Part shown: positions 51,801-63,765 of the stretch, one piece after another
How the letters are laid out: every line of letters begins with the position of its first letter
Numbering within the stretch: the first letter of the stretch is position 1
NCBI GenBank assembly: GCA_964016885.1
Contig: OZ024742.1
Coordinates: 74,028,001-74,092,000, forward strand
Origin: Eledone cirrhosa
Lineage: Eukaryota
DNA length: 64,000 bases
Direction of reading: 5' to 3'
Position numbers and translations under genes: made by a program
The notes under the pieces: model-generated
Told to the model about the DNA's origin: nothing
The model's input: only the letters and a program-made list of their open reading frames with translations
The model's database searches: none

Positions 51801-54800
51801 TTTAACACACAACATACCACAACTGTCACCTTAACACACACCATACCACTACTGTCACCTTAACACACACCATACAACCACTGTCACCTTAACACACAAC
51901 ATACTACAACTGTCACCTTAACACACACCATACCACAACTGTCACCTTAACACACACCATACCACAACTGTCACCTTAACACACTATACCACCACTGTCA
52001 CATTAACAGACACCATACCACTATTGTCACCTTAACACACACCATACTACAACTGTCACCTTAACACACACCATACCACTACTGTCACCTTAACACACTA
52101 TACCACCACTGTCACATTAACAGACACCATACCACTACTGTCACTTTAACACACACTATACTACAACTGTCACCTTAACACATACTATACCACAACTGTC
52201 ACCTTAACACACACCATACCACTACTGTCACCTTAACACACACCATACCACTACTGTCACCTTAACACACCATACCACTACTGTCACCTTAATACACACC
52301 ATACCACCACTGTCACATTAACACATACCATACCACCACTGTCACCTTAACACACGCCTTACCACTACTCTCACCTTAACACACGCCTTACCACTACTGT
52401 CACCTTAACACACACCCTACCACTACTGTCACCTTAACACACACCATACCACCACTGTCACCTTAACACACACCATACCACTACTGTCACCTTAACAAAC
52501 AACATACCACCACCGTCACCTTAACAAACAACATACCACCACCGTCACCTTAACACACACTATACCACTACTGTCACCTTAACACACACCATACCACCAC
52601 TCTCACTTTAACACACACCATACTACTACTGTCACCTTAACACACACCATACCACTACTGTCACCTTAACACACACCATACTACTACTGTCACCTTAACA
52701 CACACCATACCACTACTGTTACCAGAACACACACCATACCACCACTGTCACCTTAACACACACCATACTACTACTGTCACCTTAAAACACATCATACCAC
52801 TACTGTCACCTTAACACACACCATACTACAACTGTCACCTTAACACACAGCATACTACCACTGTCACCTTAACACACACCCTACCATTACTGTCACCTTA
52901 ACACACACCATACCACTACTGTCACCTTAACAAACAACATACCACCACTGTCACCTTAACACACACTATACCACTACTGTCACCTTAACACACACCATAC
53001 CACCACTCTCACCTTAACACTCACCAAACTACTACTGTCACCTTAACACACACCATACCACTACTGTCACCTTAACACACACCATACTACTACTGTCACC
53101 TTAACACACACCATACCACTACTGTTACCAGAACACACACCATACCACCACTGTCACCTTAACACACACCATACTACTACTGTCACCTTAAAACACATCA
53201 TACCACTACTGTCACCTTAACACACAACATACCACCACTGTAGCCTTAACACACACTATACCACCACTGTCACCTTAACACACACCATACCACTACTGTC
53301 ACCCTTAACACACACCATACCACTACTCTCACCTTGACACACCATACCACTACTGTCACCTTAACACACATCACACTACTACTGTCACTTTAACACACAC
53401 CATACCACTATTGTCACCTTAACACACCATACCACTACTGTCACTTTAACACACCATACCACTACTGTCACATTAACACACACCATACCACTACTGTCAC
53501 ATTAACACACACCATACCACTACTGTCACATTAATAGACACCATACCATCACTGTCACCTTAACACACACCATACCACTTCTGTCAGTTTAACACACCAT
53601 ACCACTACTGTCACCTTAACACACACCATACCACTACTGTCACATTAATACACACCATACCACCACTGTCACCTTAACACACACCATACCACTACTGTCA
53701 CCTGAACACACACCATACCACCACTTTCACCTTAACACACAGCATACCACTACTGTCACCTTAACACACACCATACCACTACTGTCACCTTAACACACAC
53801 CATACCACTACTGTCACCTTAACACACACCATACCACTACTGTCACCTTAACACACACCATACCACTACTGTCACCTTAACACACACCATACCACCACTG
53901 TCACCTTAACACACACGATACTATTACTGTCACCTTAACACACACCATACTACTACTGTCACCTTAACACACACACCATACCAGCGCTGTCACCTTAACA
54001 CACACCATACCACAACTGTCACCTTAACACACACCATACCACCACTGTCACCTTAACACACACACCATACCAGCGCTGTCACCTTAACACACACCATACC
54101 ACTACTGTCACCTAAACACTCACCATACCACTAATGTCACTTTAACACACACCATACCACTAATGTCACTTTAACACACAACATACCACTATTGTCACCT
54201 TAACACACCATACCACTACTGTCACATTAACACACACCATACCACTACTGTCACATTAATAGACACCATACCATCACTGTCACCTTAACACACACCATAC
54301 CACCACTTCTGTCACTTTAACACACCATACCACTACTGTCACATTAACACACACCATACCACTACTGTCACATTAATACACACCATACCACCACTGTCAC
54401 CTTAACACACACCATACCACCACTGTCACCTGAACACACACAATACCACCACTTTCACCTTAACACACAGCATACCACTACTGTCACCTTAACACACACC
54501 ATACCACCACTGTCACCTTAACACACACACCATACCACTACTGTCACCTTAACACACACTATACAACCACTGTCACCTTAACACACAACATACTACAACT
54601 GTCACCTTAACACACACCATACCACAACTGTCACCTTAACACACACCATACCACAACTGTCACCTTAACAGACACCATACCACTATTGTCACCTTAACAC
54701 ACACCATACTACAACTGTCACCTTAACACACACCATACCACTACTGTCACCTTAACACACTATACCACCACTGTCACATTAACAGACACCATACCACTAC

Positions 54801-56384
54801 TGTCACTTTAACACACACTATACTACAACTGTCACGTTAACACATACTATACCACAACTGTCACCTTAACACACACCATACCACTACTGTCACCTTGACA
54901 CACCATACCACCACTGTCATATTAACACACACCATACCACTACTGTCACCTTAATACACACCATACCACCACTGTCACATTAACACATACCATACCACTA
55001 CTGTCACCTTAACACACGCCTTACCACTACTCTCACCTTAACACACACCCTACCACTACTGTCACCTTAACACACACCATACCACCACTGACACCTTAAC
55101 GCACACCCTACCACTACTGTCACCTTAACACACACCATACCACTACTGTCACCTTAACAAACAACATACCACCACTGTCACCTTAACACACACTATACCA
55201 CTACTGTCACCTTAACACACACCATACCACCACTCTCACCTTAACACACACCAAACTACTACTGTCACCTTAACACACACCATACCACTACTGTCACCTT
55301 AACACACACCATACTACTACTGTCACCTTAACACACACCATACCACTACTGTTACCAGAACACACACCATACCACCACTGTCACCTTAACACACACCATA
55401 CCACAACTGTCACCTTAACACACACCATACTACAACTGTCACCTTAACACACAGCATACCACCACTGTCACCTTAACACACACAATACCACTACTGTTAC
55501 CTTAACACACACCATACCACCACTGTAGCCTTAACACACACTATACCACCACTGTCACCTTAACACACACCATACCACTACTGTCACCTTAACACACATC
55601 ACACTACTACTGTCACTTTAACACACACCATACCACTACTGTCACCTTAACACACACCATACCACTACTGTCACATTAATACACACCATACCACCACTGT
55701 CACCTTAACACACACCATACCACTACTGTCACATTAATACACACCATACCACCACTGTCACCTTAACACACACCATACCACCACTGTCATCTGAACACAC
55801 ACCATACCACCACTTTCACCTTAACACACAGCATACCACTACTGTCACCTTAACACACACCATACCACCACTGTCACCTTAACACACAGCATACCACCAC
55901 TGTCACCTTAACACACACCATACTACTACTCTCACCTTAACACACACCATACTACTACTGTCACCTTAACACACACCATACTACTACTGTCACCTTAACA
56001 CACACCATACCACTATTGTCACCTTAACACACAACATACCACTACTGTCACCTTAACACACACCATACCACTACTGTCACCTTAAAACACACCATACCAC
56101 TACTGTCACCTTAACACACCATACTACAACTGCCACCTAAACACACACCACACTACTACTGTCACCTTAACGCACACCATACTACCACTGTCACCTTAGC
56201 ACACAGCATACCACTACTGTCACCTTAACACACACCATACCACCACTGTCACCTTAACACTCACCATACCACTATTGTCACCTTAACACACACCATACCA
56301 CCACTGTCACCTTGAAATACACAATATCACTTCTGTCACGTTAACACTCACCATACCACTAATGTCACCTTAACACACACCACA

Positions 56385-56400
56385 CTAATACTGGTGTTAG
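56385..56400. other. Imperfect 16-bp palindrome at the Sat29/Sat32 junction
   Basis: CTAATACT|GGTGTTAG: 6 of 8 mirrored positions are Watson-Crick pairs and the other two are T/G. Confidence 0.6.
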
Positions 56401-56401
56401 A

Positions 56402-59400
56402 ATTTACCATAAACTGGGTCAGATGGTGGTAGTTTTTACCCTAGACTGGGTGAGATGGTGGTAGTATTTACCATGGACTGGTTCAGATGGTGGCAGTATT
56501 TACCATTAACTTGCAGATAAGGTGGTAGTTTTTACTCTAGACTGGGTGAGATGGTGGTAGTTTTTACCCTAGACTGGGGGAGATGGTGGTTGTATTTAAC
56601 ATAAACTTGCGGATATGGTGATAGTTTTTACCCTAGACTGGGTGAGATGGTGGTAGTATTTACCATGGACTGGGTGATATCGTGGTAGTATTTACCATAG
56701 TCTGGGTCAGATGGTGGTAGTATTTACCCTAGACTGGGTGATATGGTGGTAGTATTTACCATGGACTGGGGGAGATGGTGGTAGTATTTACCATAGTCTG
56801 GGGGAGATGGTGGTAGTATTTACCATGGACTGGGTCAGATGGTGGTAGTATTTACCATGGACTGAGGAAGATGGTGGTAGTATTTACCATAGGTTGGGGG
56901 AGATGGTGGTAGTATTTACCATAGACTGGGGGAGATGGTGGTAGTATTTACCATGAACTTGGTCAGATGGTGGTAGTATTTACCATGGACTTGGTCAGAT
57001 GGTGGTAGTATTTACCATAAACTGGGTCAGATGGTGGTTGTATTTACCATAGTCTGGGTGAGATGGTGGTAGTATTTATAGACTGCGGGAGATGGTGGTA
57101 GTATTTACCATGGACAGGGTCAGATGGTGGTAGTATTTACCATAGACTTGGGGAGATAGTGGTGGTTTTTACCATAGACTGGGTGAGATGGTGGTAGTAT
57201 TTACCATAGACTGGGGGAGATGATGGTAGTATTTACCATAGACTGCGGGAGATGGTGGTAGTATTTACCATGGACTGGGTGAGATGGTGGTAGTATTTAC
57301 CATAGACTGCGGGAGATGGTGGTAGTATTTACCATAGACTGGGTGAGATGGTGGTAGTATTTACCATAGACTGCGGGAGATGGTGGTAGTATTTACCATA
57401 GACTGGGGGAGATGATGGTAGTATTTACCATAGACTGGGGGAGATGGTGGTAGTATTTTCCATAGACTGGGGGAGATGGTGGTAGTATTTACCATAAACT
57501 GGGGGAGATGGTGGTAGTATTTACCATGGACTGGGTGAGATGGTGGTAGTATTTACCATGGACTGGGGAGATGGTGGTAGTATTTACCATAGTCTGGGTG
57601 TATATGGTGGTAGTATTTACAATAGACTTGGGGAATTGGTGGTAGTATTTACCATAGACTTGGGGAGATGGTGGTAGTATTTACCATAGACTGGGGTAGA
57701 TGGTTGTAGTATTTACCATAGACTGGGGGAGATGGTGGTAGTATTTACCATGGACTGGGGGAGATGGTGGTAGCATTTACCATAGACTGGGTGAGATTGT
57801 GGTAGTATTTACCACAGACTTGGGGAGATGGTGGTAGTATTTACCATAGACTTGGGGAGATGGTGGTAGTATTTACCATAGACTGGGGTAGATGGTTGTA
57901 GTATTTACCATAGACTGGGGGAGATGGTGGTAGTATTTACCATGGACTGGGGGAGATGGTGGTAGCATTTACCATAGACTGGGTGAGATTGTGGTAGTAT
58001 TTACCACAGACTTGGGGAGATGGTGGTAGTATTTACCATTGACTGCGGGAGATGGTGGTAGTATTTACCATGGACTGGGTGAGATGGTGGTAGTATTTAC
58101 CATAGACTGCGGGAGATGGTGGTAGTATTTACTATAGACTGGGGGAGATGGTGGTAGTATTTACCATGGACTGGGGGAGAAGGTGGTAGTATTTACCATG
58201 GACTGGTGGAGAAGGTGGTAGTATTTACCATGGACTGGGTGAGATGGTGGTAGTATTTACCATGGACTGGGGGAGATGGTGGTAGTATTTACCATGGACT
58301 GGGAGAGATGGTGGTAGTATTTACCATGGATTGGGGGAGATGGTGGTAGTATTTATCATAGACTGTGTGAGATTGTGGTAGTATTTACCATAGACTGCGG
58401 GAGATGGTGGTAGTATTAACCATAGACTGGGGGAGATGGTGGTAGTATTTACCATAGACTGGAGGAGATGGTGGTAGTATTTACCATAAACTGGGAGAGA
58501 TGGTGGTAGTATTTACCATGGACTGGGTGAGATGGTGGTAGTATTTACCATAGACTGCGGGAGATGGTGGTAGTATTTACCATAAACTGGGAGAGATGGT
58601 GGTCGTACTTACCATAGACTGCGGGAGATGGTGGTAGTATTTACCATAAACTGGGAGAGATGGTGGTCGTACTTACCATGGACTGGGGAGATGGTGGTAG
58701 TATTTACCATAGTCTGGGTGATATGGTGGTAGTATTTACAATAGACTTGGGGAATTGGTGGTAGTATTTACCATAGTCTGGGGGAGATGGTGGTAGTATT
58801 TACCATGGACTGGGTGAGATGGTGGTAGTATTTACCATAGACTGCGGGAGATGGTGGTAGTATTTAACATAGACTTTGGAAGATGGTGGTAGTATTTACC
58901 ATGGACTGGGGGAGATGGTGGTAGTATTTACCCTGGACTGGGGGAGAAGGTGGTAGTATTTACCATGGACTGGGTGAGATGGTGGTAGTATTTACCATGG
59001 ACTGGGGGAGATGGTGGTAGTATTTACCATGGACTGGGGGAGATGGTGGTAGTATTTACCATGGACTTTTGGAGATGGTGGTAGTATTTACCATAGACTG
59101 GGGGAGATGGTGGTAGTATTTGCCATAGAGTGGGGGAGATGGTGGTAGTATTTACCACAGACTTTTGGAGATGGTGGTAGTATTTGCCATAGAGTGGGGG
59201 AGATGGTGGTAGTATTTACCATAGAGTGGGGGAGATGGTGGTAGTATTTGCCATAGAGTGGGGGAGATGGTGGTAGTATTTGCCATAGAGTGGGGGAGAT
59301 GGTGGTAGTATTTACCATAGACTGCGGAAGATGGTGGTAGTATTTACCATAGACTGGGGGAGATGGTGGTAGTATTTGCCATAGAGTGGGGGAGATGGTG

Positions 59401-61943
59401 GTAGTATTTACCACAGACTTTTGGAGATGGTGGTAGTATTTACCATAGACTGCGGGAGATGGTGGTAGTATTTACCATGGACTGGGTGAGATGGTGGTAG
59501 TATTTACCATAGACTGCGGGATATGGTGGTAGTATTTACTATAGACTGGGGGAGATGGTGGTAGTATTTACCATGGACTGGGGGAGATGGTGGTAGTATT
59601 TACCATGGACTGGTGGAGATGGTGGTAGTATTTACCATGGACTGGGGGAGATGGTGGTAGTATTTACCATGGACTGGGGGAGATGGTGGTAGTATTTACC
59701 ATGGACTGGGGGAGATGGTGGTAGTATTTACCATGGACTGGTGGAGAAGGTGGTAGTATTTGCCATAGAGTGGGGGAGATGGTGGTAGTATTTACCATAG
59801 ACTTGGGGAGATGGTGGTAGTATTTACCATAGACTTGGGGAGATGGTGGTAGTATTTACCATAGACTGGGGTAGATGGTGGTAGTATTTACCATGGATTG
59901 GGGGAGATGGTGGTAGTATTTACCATAGACTGGGGGAGATGGTGGTAGTATTTACCATAGACTTGGGGAGATGGTGGTAGTATTTACCATAGACTGGGGG
60001 AGATGGTGGTAGTATTTACCATAGACTTGGGGAGATGGTGGTAGTATTTACCATAGACTGGGGGAGATGGTGGTAGTATTTACCATGGACTGGGGGAGAT
60101 GGTGGTAGTATTTACCATAGACTGCGGGAGATGGTGGTAGTATTTACCATAGACTGGGTGAGATTGTGGTAGTATTTACCACAGACTTGGGGAGATGGTG
60201 GTAGTATTTACCATAGACTGCAGGAGATGGTGGTAGTATTTACCATGGACTGGGTGAGATGGTGGTAGTATTTACCATAGACTGCGGGAGATGGTGGTAG
60301 TATTTACTATAGACTGGGGGAGATGGTGGTAGTATTTACCATGGACTGGGGGAGATGGTGGTAGTATTTACCATGGACTGGTGGAGAAGGTGGTAGTATT
60401 TACCATGGACTGGGTGAGATGGTGGTAGTATTTACCATGGACTGGGGGAGATGGTGGTAGTATTTACCATGGACTGGGGGAGATTGTGGTAGTATTTACC
60501 ATAGACTGCGGGAGATGGTGGTAGTATTTACCATAGACTGGGGGAGATGGTGGTAGTATTTACCATAGACTGGAGGAGATGGTGGTAGTATTTACCATAG
60601 ACTGGGGGAGATGGTGGTAGTATTTACCATGGACTGGGGGAGATGGTGGTAGTATTTACCATAGACTGGGGGAGATGGTGGTAGTATTTACCATGGACTG
60701 GGGAGATGGTGGTAGTATTTACCATAGACTGCGGGAGATGGTGGTAGTATTTACCATAGACTGGGTGAGATTGTGGTAGTATTTACCACAGACTTGGGGA
60801 GATGGTGGTAGTATTTACCATAGACTGCGGGAGATGGTGGTAGTATTTACCATGGACTGGGTGAGATGGTGGTAGTATTTACCATAGACTGCGGGAGATG
60901 GTGGTAGTATTTACTATAGACTGGGGGAGATGGTGGTTGTATTTACCATGGACTGGGGGAGATGGTGGTAGTATTTACCATGGACTGGTGGAGAAGGTGG
61001 TAGTATTTACCATGGACTGGGTGAGATGGTGGTAGTATTTACCATGGACTGGAGGAGATGTTGGTAGTATTTACCATGGACTGGGAGAGATGGTGGTAGT
61101 ATTTACCATGGACTGGGGGAGATGGTGGTAGTATTTACCATGGACTGGGGGAGATGGTGGTAGTATTTACCATAGACTGTGTGAGATTGTGGTAGTATTT
61201 ACCATAGACTGCGGGAGATGGTGGTAGTATTTACCATAGCCTGGGGGAGATGGTGGTAGTATTTACCATAGACTGGAGGAGATGGTGGTAGTATTTACCA
61301 TAAACTGGGAGAGATGGTGGTAGTATTTACCATGGACTGGGTGAGATGGTGGTAGTATTTACCATAGACTGCGGGAGATGGTGGTAGTATTTACCATAAA
61401 CTGGGAGAGATGGTGGTAGTACTTACCATGGACTGGGGAGATGGTGGTAGTATTTACCATGGACTGGGGGAGATGGTGGTAGTATTTACCATAGACTGCG
61501 GGAGATGGTGGTAGTATTTACCATGGACTGGGGGAGATGGTGGTAGTATTTACCATAGACTGCGGGAGATGGTGGTAGTATTTACCATGGCCTGGGGGAG
61601 ATGGTGGTAGTATTTACCATGGACTGGGAGACATGGTGGTAGTATTTACCATGGACTGGGGGAGATGGTGGTAGTATTTACCATGGATTGGGAGAGATAG
61701 TGGTAGTATTTACCATGGACTGGGGGAGATGGTGGTACTATTTACCATAGACTGGGGGAGATGGTGGTACTATTTACCATAGACTGTGGGAGATGGTGGT
61801 AGTATTTACCATAGACTGGGGGAGATGGTGGTAGTATTTACCCTAGACTGGGGGAGATGGTGGTATTGTCTACTATAGACTGGTGGGGGGGTTGTTTACC
61901 ATAGACTAGATAAGATGATGGTAGTATTTACCATAGACTGGGG
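56402..61943 (+). repeat. 32-bp tandem satellite array (Sat32), ~170 monomers, consensus GAGATGGTGGTAGTATTTACCATAGACTGGGG
   Basis: Period of 32 read directly (gagatg at 57185 and 57217); the listed ORF repeats every 32 aa (3 x 32 nt). Monomers are more degenerate at both ends (56402-56700, 61850-61943). Confidence 0.99.
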
Positions 61944-61974
61944 ATGGAAACTGTTTGGAAACCTCTCAGATAGA

Positions 61975-62125
61975 CTACTGCACATTGTATCATGCTGAAT
62001 CTCCCTGAGAATTAAGTTAAGAATACATCTATCTGTGGAATGCTCGGCCACTTACACCTTAATTTCATAAGCTGGCTATTTCGTTTATTAAACCACTGGA
62101 ACACTGTTCGTCGGAACCGATTCAG
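61975..62125 (+). mobile_element. Fragment of a dispersed repeat (probable 3' part of a SINE/LINE-type element, octopus-like)
   Basis: catgctgaatctccctgagaattaagttaagaatacatctatctgtggaatgctcggccacttacaccttaatttcataagctggctatttcg...ctggaacactgttcgtcggaaccga resembles a recurrent octopus interspersed repeat as I recall it. There is no second copy in the window to confirm. Confidence 0.45.
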
Positions 62126-62254
62126 TTCGATGTTGATCATATTATAATCCAATTGTTCCAGGTTCAATAAGTCGTCAGAAAATCAGAAAGCAAACCAGAG
62201 TTTTTAGGATGAATAACGATTTCTCTCCTTTCATGGAAACCATGTCTTGAGTGT

Positions 62255-62660
62255 GAGGAGAGAGTTGGAGGGAGATAAGTCATCAAATGAGACAGAGGGG
62301 GGAGAGGAAAGAGGGAAATAAGACATGAGTGAGAGGCAGAGAGGGGGAAGTAAGACATAGAATGAGAGAGGAGAGGCAGAGAGAATGAAGTAAAACATAG
62401 AATAAGGGAGAGAGAGGGAGAAACAGAGAGAAGGAAGGAAAATATAGAATGTGAGAGAGAGGGACAAACAGAGAGAGTGATATAAAATATAGAATGAGGA
62501 AGAGAGGGAGAGAGAGTGAAGTAAAATATAGAATGAGGGAGAGAGGGAGAAGGAAGTAAAACATAGAATGAGGGGGAGGGAGAAACAGGGAGAAGGAAGT
62601 AAAATATAGATTGCGAGGGTTGGAGGGGGATAAGTATGACATAGAATGATTGAGAGAGAA
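62255..62660 (+). repeat. Purine-rich (GA) degenerate minisatellite with recurring AAGTAAAA(C/T)ATAGAATGAG anchor
   Basis: About 8 recurrences of (a/c/t)atagaatg separated by GA-rich tracts of variable length, e.g. 62357, 62397, 62444, 62488, 62528, 62563, 62641. Confidence 0.85.
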
Positions 62661-62884
62661 CTACTATAAAACGTCTAAGTTTTCTACATGAGTGAACCAG
62701 TAAAATCGATAGTTAAACCCCCACTTCCATCCTACGCCCTTTACTTCAGTCATCATCGAGATCAAAGTCAATCTATAGGGATTAAATAAACTAACACTTT
62801 CCTACATAAATCTATGTCATACGATCACTTCTTTCATTTTCTTTTTAATAATCGTTTCAGATTGACCAGTTTCAAAACCTTTCA

Positions 62885-63765
62885 GTTGTGTATATATATG
62901 TATATAAGTGTGAGATGGTGTGTGAGTGTGTGTCACAGAATGTGTGTATGTGTGATGGTGTGTGAGTGAGTGTCGCGGGATGTATGTATGCCGTGGTGTG
63001 AGTGTCACGGGATGTGTGTATGTGTGATGGTGCGTGAGTGTCTGTCACGGGATGTGTGTATGTGTGATGGAGTGTCAGTGTATCAGTCACATGATGTGTG
63101 ACAGAGTGTGAGTGTCATGGGATGTGTGTATGTGTGATGGAGTGTGTGTCAGTCACATGATGTGTGACAGAGTGTGAGTGTCATGGGGTGTGTATGTGTG
63201 ATGGAGTGTGAGTGCGTCAGTCACGGGATGTGTGTATGTGTAATGGAATGTGTGTGTGTCTGTCACATGGTGTGTATGTGTGATAGAGTGTCAGTGTGTC
63301 AGTCACATGATGTGTGACGGAGTGTGAGTGTGTCTGTCACAGGATGTGACACAGTGTGAGTGTATCACAGGATGTTTGTGTGATTGAGTGTCAGTGTGAG
63401 TGTATCACAGGATGTTTGTGTGATGGAGTGTCAGTGTGAGTGTGTCACAGGATGTTTGTGTGATGGAGTGTCAGTGTGAGTGTGTCACAGGATGTTTGTG
63501 TGATGGAGTGTCAGTGTGAGTGTGTCACAGGATGTTTGTGTGATGGAGTGTCAGTGTGAGTGTGTCACAGGATGTTTGTGTGATGGAGTGTCAGTGTGAG
63601 TGTGTCACAGGATGTGTTATGTATGACGGAGTGTCAGTGTGTTACAGAATGTGTGTCTGTCACAGGATGTGTGTGTGTGTATGTATGACAAAGTGTGAGT
63701 GTGTCTGTCACAGGATGTGTATGTGTGAGTGTGTGTCACAGGATGTGTGTATGTGTGTTATTGCA
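62885..63765 (+). repeat. TG-rich compound minisatellite including ~6.5 copies of a 40-bp unit (63356-63616)
   Basis: tgtgtcacaggatgtttgtgtgatggagtgtcagtgtgag repeats with period 40 from 63361; it is flanked by degenerate versions of the same tcac(a/g)ggatgtgtgtatgtgtgatgg motif. Confidence 0.9.

Larger units (their letters stand above)
3299..56393 (+). repeat. Giant 29-bp tandem satellite array (Sat29), ~1,830 monomers, consensus CACCATACCACTACTGTCACCTTAACACA
   Basis: Period of 29 read directly (caccatac at 3301 and 3330); uninterrupted for ~53 kb. The + strand has 12 C, 10 A, 6 T and 1 G per unit. TTAA puts a TAA stop on both strands of each unit, which explains the absence of ORFs. Confidence 0.99.

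Noticed and set aside
3299-56393. Repeat-encoded mucin-like or His/Thr-rich protein
   Set aside because: TTAA gives a TAA on both strands in each unit and 29 is not a multiple of 3, so every frame is stopped about every 87 nt. The ORF track is empty here.
3299-56393. Telomeric (TTAGGG)n array
   Set aside because: The unit has CCTTAA, not CCCTAA. True CCCTAA appears only in rare variants (~10172, ~33498) and never in tandem.
3299-61943. CRISPR array interpretation of the 29-bp and 32-bp repeats
   Set aside because: Monomers are head-to-tail with no unique spacers, the variable segments are homologous, there are no cas genes, and the context is eukaryotic.
62164-62642. Leu/Ser/Pro/Phe-rich minus-strand ORFs (64, 78, 119 aa)
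   Set aside because: These are translations of the CT-rich strand of a GA simple repeat, open in several frames at once.
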